Origin: Macrostomum lignano
Lineage: Eukaryota
Assembly: GCA_002269645.1 (NCBI GenBank)
Contig: NIVC01001641.1
Coordinates: forward strand, 138,394-202,393
DNA length: 64,000 nt
Reading direction: 5' to 3'
The stretch's first letter is position 1, and each line of letters begins with the position of its first letter. Positions 25,601-36,600 of the stretch are shown in pieces. The position numbers were made by a program, and so were the translations under genes. The notes under the pieces are model-generated. The model saw only the letters and a program-made list of their open reading frames with translations. It ran no database searches and was not told the DNA's origin.

Positions 25601-28600
25601 TATTCAATCACAGTCGAAGCCGATAGCACATAATTGCTGGCCAATGCCACCAATACCAACACAAGCTGTAAGCTCGTTAAAAAAGCATTGAAGTGCGTGC
25701 AGTGCGTTCGTAGCTGATGAAATTTGTCAGCCCACTTTTTAAACATCGAAACGTGAAAGGACAATTGATTAAATTCCACTCTTTTGCGCTTGCAGTTTAG
25801 TCCTGTTTGAAGTACAGAGTGTCGCCTAATTCTTAAACGTTATCATTTTTACTTTATAAATTCACTCCTTGTCGGTGGCGGGTTGCACTTAGCATGGCAG
25901 TTTAACATGGGGTCACAGGGTGAATGACGGATATTGGCAGCCTGTATTTTATTTCCGAGTCTGATTGGAGATCTGCAATTAATGTAGAGAGATGGAGCTA
26001 AAGATGGAGGGGAGACTGAGGAAGAGGAGGAAGACAAGGAGAAGATTAAGATAGGGAGAGACGGGAGAGTTTAGAGAGAGGAGAGAAGGGAAAGAGGGTA
26101 GAGAGGGGGGGAGTGTAGAGAGACTGAGTGGGGTAGAGATGGAGAGAGAGGGGATGAGAGGCAGAGAGAGACTAGAGAGGGGGAGAGAGGGTAGAGAGGG
26201 GGAGAGAGGGTAGAGAGGGGGAGAGAGGGTAGAGAGGGGGAGAGAGGGTAGAGAGGGGGAGAGAGGGTAGAGAAGGGGAGAGAGGGTAGAGAGGGGGCGA
26301 GAGGGTAGAGAGGGGGAGAGAGAGGGGAAGAGAGGGGGAGAGAGAGTAGAGAAGGGGAGAGAGGGTAGAGAAGGGGAGAGAGGGTAGAGAGGGGAGAGAA
26401 GGGTAGAGAGTGGGAGAGAGGGTAGAGAGGGGGAGAGAGGGGAAGAGAGTGGGAGAGAAGGGTAGAGAAGGGGAGAGAGGGTAGAGAGGGGGAGAGAGGG
26501 TAGAGAAGGGGAGAGAGGGTAGAGAGGGGGAGAGAGGGTAGAGAGGGGGAGAGAGGGGAAGAGAGTGGGAGAGAGGGTAGAGAAGGGGAGAGAGGGTAGA
26601 GAGGGGGCGAGAGGGTAGAGAGGGGGAGAGAGGGTAGAGAGGGGGAGAGAGGGGAAGAGAGTGGGAGAGAAGGGTAGAGAAGGGGAGAGAGGGTAGAGAG
26701 GGGGAGAGAGGGTAGAGAGGGTAGAGAGGGGGAGAGAGGGTAGAGAAGGGGAGAGAGGGTAGAGAGGGGGAGAGAGGGTAGAGAAGGGGAGAGAGGGTAG
26801 AGAGGGGGCGAGAGGGTAGAGAGGGGGAGAGAAGGGTAGAGAGTGGGAGAGAGGGTAGAGAAGGGGAGAGAGTGTAGAGAGGGGGCGAGAGGGTAGAGAG
26901 GGGGAGAGAGGGTAGAGAGGGGGCGAGAGGGAATGAGTATCGGGCAGATTAAGGAAACATGAATCAAGGAAGGGTGGTTCGAGTCAGCGGCGGGCCACTT
27001 TTCTGTGTGATTCTGTTTTGCTGTTGCTGTTCACACCATGGCAGAGGCAGGAAGCTCTCATTTTGTGAACCCGAGGGACCCGGACTCCAGTGCGAACTTC
27101 CTCAGCATTTTTGTGCCGTGCGGGTGTCCTATCATTACATGTACTTTTCCAACTGTTACTGTGTCCCAAACCATCGCTTCAATAGTAATTATAAGTGTGC
27201 GCGTGTTTGTGTTGCCGTGAAAATATTTTGCTGTAGTCACGTGACTTTCCTTCACTATTGAACCTCAGCGGTGGTCTTGGGTGTAGCGAGACTTGCTCTG
27301 AAATTCTGGTCCCGACGATGAGAGGAGGGCATCAAGGGTGAGAGAAAAGATGAAGCTGAGATGAGGGACAGAGCCTGAGATGAAGGACAGAAGCTGAGAT
27401 GAGGGACAGAAGCTGAGATGAGGGACAAAGCCTGAGATGAGGGACAGAAGCTGAGATGAGGGACAGAGCCTGAGATGAAGGACAGAAGCTGAGATGAGGG
27501 ACAGTAGCTGAGATGAGGGACAGAAGCTGAGATGAAAAACAGAAGCTGGGATGAAGGAAAGAGGCTGAGATGAAGGAAAGAGATGAGATGTTTAAGATGC
27601 AACCTAGAGTTCCTGAACTCTTAGACTAGCAAAGTTTTAAGACTGTGGAATCTGCAGCCGCTTCCCAATGTAGCGGAGATTAAGGATTTGATGGAGATCG
27701 AGGGGCAGCTGGCCTGTGCTGAAGAGTTTTTGGTTGAACCGCTTTCTAGACAGACAGACAGACAGGCAGACAGGAGGAATGGACCCAGGATCGGGGCTGA
27801 AGATCCTGCAGAACTGATGACTCATGTTGGTTCCCCCGCCGAACATGCCACTTCCATACCAGGCTGGTCAGTCTTACAGTCATATATTTTACTGCCCCTA
27901 TTCCGGGAAAAAGGTCTGCCTATCATCTAGAAATTGTCTGCTTCTGCGGTTCAACTGCGGCCTTCTTCAGCCCCCCCCCCCCCACTGCCCGGGTGGCCCG
28001 GCTGCGCCTTTTACCTTCGCAGGATAAATGGAATAAGTTAGCCGAAAGTGCGAATATAAGGAGCTGGGGCGGGCAACTTCTAATGGATGACGGATGCAAT
28101 TGCGCGCAGAAGGGATTGGGGAATGATAGGCAGGCTGGCTTGTGGGCGCTGACCTTGCCTGCGCTGGCGGGCGATAGCGGTGCAAGAAGGGATAGTAAAT
28201 AATTAGTAATGACGTCATTGAACTGCTTGCCTATGAGGGCACGGTGCTTTTAGATTGAGACATAATCTAGCAGTTAGACTATGACGTCATCATCCAGTTA
28301 AACAATGTCGTCATCATCTAGCAGCTAGACTATGACGTCATCATCTAGCATTTTGACGATGATGTAATTTACCTTGTTAGATAATGACGTCATCTAGCAG
28401 TTGGACGATGACGTCATTTTCCCATCGCTATTTGACAATTAAGTTATTTAGTAGTGAGAGAATGACTTCATCTAGATGCAAGACTGTGACGTCATCTGTC
28501 ATATAAGACTGTGATGTATTCGAACTGGAAGATTAAGAACTCATCTTACGGCTACATTGCGACGTGCTGTACATTTGATAGAATGGCGTCCAGTGACACA

Positions 28601-28850
28601 TAATTCCTACTTTCAAGTAGTATGGCGAGTTAGCGAGCGATTCGACCTGATTTCACTCCCTGATTTTTACAGCCTGCAGCAGATGGCCTCAGCCTACGGC
28701 TACCAGCAGCAAGCGGTAATGTCGCCGGCCAGCCTCATGGCTTTGTCGGCGGCGCCGCAGCTGGCTGGGGGCGCCGGCAATTCGTCCGCTACCGCCACGG
28801 CCAGCTTCCTGGCAGACTACGCCGCCACCGTGGCAGCCGCTCAGCAGTTT

Positions 28851-28883
<33 letters not shown>

Positions 28884-29398
28884 TTATACTCTGGTCTGTC
28901 CGACTCTGCCATGCTGCAGCTCGCTCAGGTGGGTGACTGGGACAGCGGGCTGGATGCGGTCTGGGGTTCGAGTCACAGAGAAATATTTTCAGCTTACCTC
29001 TACCTTTTTAGAATCTCACCCATCTCACAGGTCTTTATAGCATCTATCTCGCTAGAATCCCACGGCTCTCAACGCAATCTCACCCTTTATCTAATTGGAA
29101 TATCACCATTTATGTTTATGTATGTCTCACCCTTACAGGTACAGCATCTCACTAATGTTTCTCACAGATCTCACCCGTCCCCCATCAGGCCTCCTACCTG
29201 CCCCAGTACTACGCCGCTGCCTCGATGCAGAGCGGCGGCGGCACTGGCGGCCTGCAGAGTCTGGCCGGCGGCGGCGCCTCCACGGTCAGCGTGGCCGGTC
29301 AGGGCTCAGCCTCCTCTGCGGCTGCGGCGGCTGCGGCTGCGGCAGCTGCCGTACAAAACGGCTTCCTACTGACCGGAGCCCAGGAGCGGGCGCAGTAG
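13675..29398 (+). CDS. RBM24: RRM RNA-binding protein of the RBM24/RBM38/SUP-12 family, about 285 aa, exons 13675-13863, 19222-19345, 24577-24634, 28673-28928, 29168-29398
   Basis: [51 protein letters not shown]|[24 protein letters not shown]; Ala/Gln-rich C-terminus ending QERAQ* (compare DRMQ* of vertebrate RBM24/38). Exon 3 (58 nt) was inferred because it reconciles phase 1 with phase 2. Confidence 0.92.
13895..14325. repeat. Minisatellite, 21-bp unit GAGATTGTGAGATTTCAGAGT (RBM24 intron 1)
   Basis: Direct tandem repeats, degenerate. Confidence 0.9.
15565..16795. repeat. Minisatellite, 23-bp unit GGTATTGGCTTGGTCCTGACACT
   Basis: About 53 near-identical copies. Confidence 0.97.
17188..19105. 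repeat. Minisatellite, 23-bp unit GTCAGTGGGAGTCAGGGTGCTGT
   Basis: About 80 copies with recurring variants. Confidence 0.97.
19405..20130. repeat. Pyrimidine-rich (CTCTGC/CT)n tract (RBM24 intron 2)
   Basis: Low-complexity tandem repeat. Confidence 0.95.
20893..21250. repeat. Minisatellite, 20-bp unit ACCCTCTCTGATCCTCTCTT
   Basis: Direct tandem repeats visible. Confidence 0.92.
21722..22700. repeat. Minisatellite, 12-bp unit CATGAACTCAC(A/T)
   Basis: Direct tandem repeats visible. Confidence 0.95.
23478..24430. repeat. Minisatellite, 20/21-bp unit GGGTTTTTACCTGTTGGACT
   Basis: Direct tandem repeats visible. Confidence 0.95.
24785..25535. repeat. Minisatellite, 20-bp unit ACCCTCCCTGACCCTCTCCT with a duplicated unique insert (RBM24 intron 3)
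   Basis: Direct tandem repeats; unique ~60-bp segment present at 24992 and 25221. Confidence 0.93.
26050..26930. repeat. Purine-rich minisatellite, about 17-bp unit GAGAGGGTAGAGAGGGG
   Basis: Low-complexity tandem repeat. Confidence 0.95.
27350..27595. repeat. Minisatellite, 19-bp unit GCTGAGATGAGGGACAGAA
   Basis: Direct tandem repeats visible. Confidence 0.9.
28205..28500. promoter_or_regulatory. Cluster of six perfect CRE/ATF palindromes (TGACGTCA) in a degenerate tandem repeat, RBM24 intron 3
   Basis: TGACGTCA at 28210, 28282, 28333, 28385, 28409 and 28487; function untested. Confidence 0.45.
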
Positions 29399-29521
29399 CC
29401 GCTGGGTGCTGCCACGGCCGGCCCAGAAAGCCTAAAGTTCATTTTGCAGATTGCATAAGGCTGCTGGGGCAGTCTTCATCGGGTTCAGCTGACTTATTAA
29501 CTAACTCGTGTGTACTTTTGT

Positions 29522-30263
29522 ATTGATCCTTCAGCGGGTGCCGCTACCCTCTCTGATCCTTCAGCGGGTGCCGCTATCCTCCCTGATCCTTCAGCGGGTG
29601 CCGCTACCCTCTCTGATCCTTCAGCGGGTGCCGCTATCCTCCCTGATCCTTCAGCGGGTGCCGCTACCCTCTCTGATCCTTCAGCGGGTGCCGCTACCCT
29701 CTCTGATCCTTCAGCGGGTGCCGCTATCCTCCCTGATCCTTCAGCGGGTGCCGCTACCCTCTCTAATCCTTCAGCGGGTGCCGCTACCCTCTCTGATCCT
29801 TCAGCGGGTGCCGCTACCCTCTCTGATCCTTCAGCGGCTGCCGCTACCCTCTCTGATCCTTCAGCGGGTGCCGCTACCCTCCCTGATCCTTCAGCGGGTG
29901 CCGCTATCCTCCCTGATTCTTCAGCGGCTGCCGCTACCCTCACTGATCCTTCAGCGGGTGCCGCTACCCTCTCTGATCCTTCAGCGGGTGCCGCTATCCT
30001 CCCTGATCCTTCAGCGGGTGCCGCTACCCTCTCTAATCCTTCAGCGGGTGCCGCTACCCTCTCTGATCCTTCAGCGGGTGCCGCTACCCTCTCTGATCCT
30101 TCAGCGGCTGCCGCTACCCTCCCTGATCCTTCAGCGGGTGCCGCTACCCTCCCTGATCCTTCAGCGGGTGCCGCTATCCTCCCTGATTCTTCAGCGGCTG
30201 CCGCTACCCTCCCTGATCCTTCAGCGGGTGCCGCTACCCTCCCTGATCCTTCAGCGGGTGCCG
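29522..30263. repeat. Minisatellite, 30-bp unit GATCCTTCAGCGGGTGCCGCTACCCTCTCT, downstream of the RBM24 stop codon
   Basis: About 25 copies. Confidence 0.97.
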
Positions 30264-30741
30264 CGTACGCATGTAATTATAGAAAATCGTCTTAAAATTA
30301 AACTCGGAGATACGATACTACTAATCACAGTAGTCCAGTTTGCATCTGTTTGTGTAGATAAAATAAAAAATGTAGTTCAATTATGACCAGCACTCAATTG
30401 TTCGGATCACGCTAGACAAGAATTACTACTAAGCACACAGTAGTGTGAATCCCTAATGCTCGTTATCTGCTAAATTATTTATGAAAAAAATTTTACTTTT
30501 GTATTTGATGTAACTTTTATTCTCGAAATTGCCATTTTCGCTGATCGAACACGCGTCTTGCTGCTAACTACAGCTGCTCACAAGTAGCATGCGCAAATTT
30601 TTTTCTCATTTTTAGACCCGCGTAGGAATGGACAGTTTTTTAATTTATAATAAATTGATGGCTGCTTTATACAGAAACTTGTCACCCCGCTCGTTTCTTC
30701 ATGTATTGAAATTGAAATTGAAAACTCCTACTGAATATGGA

Positions 30742-31572
30742 ACCTGTCTCTCCGCTCCCTGATCAGTCCCTGAGTCTGTCTCTCCGCTCCCTGATCAGTC
30801 CCTGAGTCTGTCTCTCCGCTCCCTGATCAGTCCCTGAGTCTGTCTCTCCGCTCCCTGATCAGTCCCTGAGTCTGCAGCTCCGTTTCCCTGATCAGTCCCT
30901 GAATCTGCAGCTCCACTTCCCTGATCAGTCCCAGAGTCTGCAGCTCCGCTTCCCTGATCAGTCCCTGAGTCTGCAGCTCCGCTTCCCTGATCAGTCCCTG
31001 AGTCTGCCTCTCAGCTCCCTGATCAGTCCCTGAAATTGCCTCTCCGCTTCCCTGATCAGTCCCTGAAGCTGCCTCTCCGCTTCCCTGATCAGTCCCTGAG
31101 TCTGCAGCTCCGCTTCCCTGATCAGTCCCTGAATCTGCCTCTCCGCTCCCTGATCAGTCCCTGAGTCTGCCTCTCAGCTCCCTGATCAGTCCCTGAAGCT
31201 GCCTCTCCGCTTCCCTGATCAGTCCCTGAAGCTGCAGCTCCGCTCCCTGATCAGTCCCTGAGTCTGCCTCTCAGCTCCCTGATCAGTCCCTGAGTCTGTC
31301 TCTCCGCTCCCTGATCAGTCCCTGAGTCTGTCTCTCCGCTCCCTGATCAGTCCCTGAGTCTGTCTCTCCGCTCCCTGATCAGTCCCTGAGTCTGTCTCTC
31401 CGCTCCCTGATCAGTCCCTGAGTCTGCAGCTCCGCTTCCCTGATCAGTCCCTGAATCTGCAGCTCCACTTCCCTGATCAGTCCCTGAGTCTGCAGCTCCG
31501 CTTCCCTGATCAGTCCCTGAGTCTGCAGCTCCGCTTCCCTGATCAGTCCCTGAGTCTGCAGCTCCGCTCCCT
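30742..31572. repeat. Minisatellite, 32/33-bp unit CCCTGATCAGTCCCTGAGTCTGTCTCTCCGCT, between convergent 3' ends
   Basis: Direct tandem repeats visible. Confidence 0.95.
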
Positions 31573-32104
31573 TAGGCTCCCACCTTAGTTAAAAGAAGCG
31601 AGCTGACGGAAAGCTATTGAACACAATTATGCAATAATCAAGGTCACAAGGGTACAGTTTATTTTAACAAAAAAATCAAAGTACCCGAGAACGCGCGCCG
31701 GTGCTTAGCAGATCAGCTTCCAAACAGTTGGAATCAAGGAACTTTCAAGTAATTATTAACAATTAATTAACATCAGGTTTTTAAAACACAGGATTTGAGA
31801 CAAGAATGAACAGAGAATTATTATTAATCAAACAGAATGAGTCAAGAATTTAAAACCGACACAGCATCATGTTTTTACATTGGATGAAGCAAAAGTTAGG
31901 AAATGAACTCTGTTGATTTCTGTGCTATTGTTGTTATATTGGAAAATTAATATAAAAATATAAAAAACAGGTTAGCAACGACAGTTAACATCAGGAAGTA
32001 AATTTAATAGCGGCCAGCAACTGGAAAATTTACACAGAAATTCTCTGGGAAAAGTTCAAATAAACTTATCAGAAAATTGCAGACAAACAGATTGGACAAG
32101 TTGA

Positions 32105-33500
32105 GATTAGAGGGCGTTTGTTGCAGAGATTTGAAGGCGATTCTTGAGGAGATTGGAGGGTGATTCTTGCAGAGATTGGAGGGTGATTCTTGAGGAGATT
32201 GGAGGGCGATTCTTGAGGAGATTGGAGGGTGATTCTTGCAGAGATTGGAGGGCGATTCTTGCAGAGATTGGAGGGCGATTTTTGAGGAGATTGGAGGGTG
32301 ATTTTTGAGGAGATTGGAGGGCGATTCTTGAGGAGATTGGAGGGTGATTCTTGCAGAGATTGGAGGGCGATTCTTGCAGAGATTGGAGGGCGATTTTTGA
32401 GGAGATTGGAAGGCTATTCCTGCAGAGATTGGAGGGCGATTCTTGCAGAGATTTGTAGGGCTATTCCTGCAGAGATTGGAGGGCGATTCCTGCAGAGGTT
32501 GGAGGGCGATTCCTGCAGAGATTGGAGGGCGATTCCTGCAGAGATTGGAGGGCGATTCCTGCAGAGATTGGAGGGCGATTCCTGCAGAGATTTGTAGGGC
32601 TATTCCTGCAGAGATTGGAGGGCGATTCCTGCAGAGATTTGTAGGGCTATTCCTGCAGAGATTGGAGGGCGATTCTTGCAGAGATTTGTAGGGCTATTCC
32701 TGCAGAGATTGGAGGGCGATTCCTGCAGAGGTTGGAGGGCGATTCCTGCAGAGATTGGAGGGCGATTCCTGCAGAGATTGGAGGGCGATTCCTGCAGAGA
32801 TTGGAGGGCGATTCCTGCAGAGATTTGTAGGGCTATTCCTGCAGAGATTGGAGGGCGATTCCTGCAGAGATTTGTAGGGCTATTCCTGCAGAGATTGGAG
32901 GGCGATTCTTGCAGAGATTTGTAGGGCTATTCCTGCAGAGATTGGAGGGCGATTCCTGCAGAGGTTGGAGGGCGATTCCTGCAGAGGTTGGAGGGCGATT
33001 CCTGCAGAGATTGGAGGGCGATTCCTGCAGAGATTGGAGGGCGATTCCTGCAGAGATTGGAGGGCGATTCCTGCAGAGATTTGTAGGGCCATTCCTGCAG
33101 AGATTGGAGGGCGATTCCTGCAGAGATTTGTAGGGCTATTCCTGCAGAGATTGGAGGGCGATTCTTGCAGAGATTTGTAGGGCTATTCCTGCAGAGATTG
33201 GAGGGCGATTCCTGCAGAGGTTGGAGGGCGATTCCTGCAGAGATTTGAGGGCGATTCCTGCAGAGATTGGAGGGCGATTCCTGCAGAGATTGGAGGGCGA
33301 TTCCTGCAGAGATTTGTAGGGCTATTCCTGCAGAGATTGGAGGGCGATTCCTGCAGAGATTTGTAGGGCGATTCCTGCAGAGATTGGAGGGTGATTCTTG
33401 AGGAGATTAGAGGGCGATTTTTGAGGAGATTTGAGGGCGATTCTTGTAGAGATTGGAGGGCGATTCTTGTAGAGATTGGAGGGCGATTTTTGCGGAGATA
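32105..33500. repeat. Minisatellite, 23-bp unit GATTCCTGCAGAGATTGGAGGGC with 233-bp higher-order period
   Basis: Direct repeats; identical ORF translations start at 32443, 32676 and 32909. Confidence 0.97.
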
Positions 33501-33679
33501 AATTGCGCTGTTTCAAAGACAGGTGACTCTGAAGTCGTTAAACAGTAAAAACTACTCAATGCAAAAAGACAGCAAACTGTGGATTCAAATTTGTGACACC
33601 CCAGAACACACGAACTTGACTTGTACAAGCAGAAACTAATAAAAGTACAAAAATCGGTCTCAGAAGTCTCATTCTACAA

Positions 33680-36600
33680 TCATTTCCCGCCCGGGGCTCG
33701 AATCGGCAGTCCCTGAATGGCGTCCCTGTACGCCTGCGGCGGCCGCGTCTTTGGCCGGTCGCCCGGGTGCGCCTCGGTGAAGTGCGTGTCCAGAACTTCG
33801 CGCGACCAGTAGGAGCGCCGGCACAGGTGGCAGTGGTGCGGGAACACGCCCAGGTGGTACTGCACAATGTGATCCTTCAGGCTGTTCAAGCTGCTGGAGG
33901 AGCTGGTGCACACTGAGCAGTGGTAGGTCACCCCGCCGAAGTTGCCACGCTTGCGCACCACCCAGCACTTGGCCAGAGGCGCCGGGTCCACCGCCCGGTC
34001 CAGCGAGTCCGGCATCAGCAGCAGCTCCTTGCCGTTCACCATCACGCTGGCTGGCTGGGCGGCCGCCGTCTCGGCGCCTTCCTCTTCATCGTCCTGCTCC
34101 TCATCGTCTTCCTGGGCTTCGGTCTCAGCCTCCTCCTCTTCCTCATCCTCCCCTTCCTCATCGCCAGCCTCTTCCTCCGCTTCGCCGTCTTCGCCGTCTT
34201 CCTCAGCGCCGTCGTCCTCGATAATCTGCATCTCGGCATCGTCAGCATAGTCTTCCTCATCAGCCTCCTCCTCGTTCCCTTCTTCATCGTCTCCAGCCTC
34301 CCCAGCCTCCTCATCATTGACGCCGTTATCAGCTCCGTCCTCGTAATCTTCCTCTTCATCATCTTGTTCCTGGTCTTCTTCTTCCGACATCGATCGGGGC
34401 CGCTTCCTGCTGCCGGAAGAAGAATTGCCAGAGGCCGAGGCAGCTGCGGAGGCGGCGGCGGCGGCAGCGGCAGCGGCGGCTTCTCGACGAGTCTTGGCGG
34501 CCGCGATGGCGGCGGCGGAGCGCTGCAGAATCCGCTTGGCCTGACTGGACGGCTTGACGTCCACGCGGTTCATGGCGTAGCGATAGGCCGAGTACTGCAG
34601 CAGGTGGAACTCGCGCTGCGGGTGCTCCAGCAGGTGGTGCCGGAACACGTGGTTCCTGACCGCGTACAGCTTGCCACACACGCTGCACTTGTGCCCGGGA
34701 ATGCGCAGGTGGTCGCGCACGATGTGGCCCCGGACTGGGCCAACATTGTGGGAGCCGAACTCGCACCAGCTGCAGGTGAACTGGCACCTGCCCGGCGGCA
34801 GCGGCTTCTCCGACTCGTCAGCCTGGATGACGAAACAGGTTGTGGGGATCTGCGGCCGGTCGGACGAGCACTGCATCTCTGGCGGGACGCCCGCGCTGGA
34901 CGATGTCGAATCCTCCGCGTCCTCGCCTGGCTCGTCGGCTGAGGCCACGGAGGTCACGAGTTCCTGGTCGGAGCCGGCGCCCGTGGTTTTGATTTTTATT
35001 CGAAGACCTTTATTGGGCGAGGCGGCGATGCTGCCGGTGGCCGAGGCAGGCGACACCGAGGCTGCGGGGGTGCCGCTCTGGAACGGAGATTTAAGGTGGA
35101 TGATTAGGGTGGATTCTCGGGTAGATTTAGGGTGGATTCTCGGGTAGATTTAGGGTGGATTCTCAGCTAGATTTAGGGTAGATTCTCAGATAGATTTAGG
35201 GTAGATTCTCAGCTAGATTTTGGGTAGATTCTCAGCTAGATTTTGGGTAGATTCTCAGCTAGATTTAGGGTAGATTCTCAGCTAGATTTAGGGTAGATTC
35301 TCAGCTAGATTTAGGGTAGATTCTCAGCTAGATTTAGGGTATATTCTCAGCTAGATTTAGGGTATATTCTCAGCTAGATTTAGGATAGATTCTCAGATAG
35401 ATTTAGGGTAGATTCTCAGATAGATTTAGGGTATATTCTCAGCTAGATTTAGGGTATATTCTCAGATAGATTTAGGGTATATTCTCAGCTAGATTTAGGG
35501 TAGATTCTCAGCTAGATTTAGGGTAGATTCTCAGATAGATTTAGGGTATATTCTCAGCTAGATTTAGGGTAGATTCTCAGATAGATTTAGGGTATATTCT
35601 CAGCTAGATTTAGGGTCGATTCTCTGAGATTTAGGGCAGATTTTTAGGTAGATTTAGGGTCGATTCCAAGGTAGATTTAGGGTAGATTCTCAGCTAGATT
35701 TAGGGTCGATTCCAAGGTAGATTTGAGGTTGATTTCCAGGTAAATTAAGGGTGGATTTGGGTAGACAAGTTACTTTCATTGTAGGTTTAGGTAAGATGCA
35801 GATTTTGATGATTGAAATAAAAAATCAACTCACAGAGGCGGCTCTCGCGGGTCGGAGCGGCACCATGCTGGGAAATGCGGCATCATAAGAGGCGGTGGAC
35901 GCAGCGGCAGCGGCGGAAACGGCAGCTGCAGACGAAACAGCCGACAAGGCCTCGGTGGCGGCGCCGCCCCTGCCGAGTTTTTCCTCGTTCGGTCCGACCG
36001 TGCCCTTCCACTTGAGTCTGGCCAGCTGGATGAGCAGCGGGTCGGGCAGCAGGCGGTTGTCGTCTCTGCTCAGGCGGCTGGCGTGCAGGCAGGCCGTCTT
36101 GAACCTGTCCGGCACCTTGGCGTGCACGCCCAGGATGTGCTTGCGAATGTCGCCCATGCCGTGCGGGCTGGAGGCGGAGCAGCCGGAGCAGCGGAACACC
36201 CGCTTGTTATCCGACACTGTGCGAGTCACCGCCACCTTGTAGGTGCTGTAGTACTCCATCTTCTCACGCAGAATCTCCATGGTTTCCGAGTCGCAAGCTC
36301 CCTCAATGAGGACCTGAACACAGCGCCAAAGGCGGATGGGAAACCTTTGTTCAGATGGGTCAGTGGGTCCGATAGGGACTGGGGATAAGTCAGCGTTGGA
36401 TCAGGGACTGTCGGTGGGTCAGAATGGGTCAGTTTTGGATCAGGGACTGTCGGTGGGTCAGGACAGGATGGGTCAGTCTTAGATCAGGGACTGTCGGTGG
36501 GTCAGGACAGGATGGATCAGTCTTAGATCAGGGACTGTCGGTGGGTCAGGACAGGATGGGTCAGTCTTAGATCAGGGACTGTCGGTGGGTCAGGATGGGT

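Noticed and set aside
33920-34942. 340-aa + strand ORF, and similar ORFs opposite exons (37582-38211, 6190-6477)
   Set aside because: Antisense shadows of GC-rich coding exons on the other strand.
35095-35760. Interstitial telomere (TTAGGG in each unit; AACCCT in 7190-7960)
   Set aside because: One hexamer per 23- or 16-bp unit and never tandem, so not a telomeric tract.
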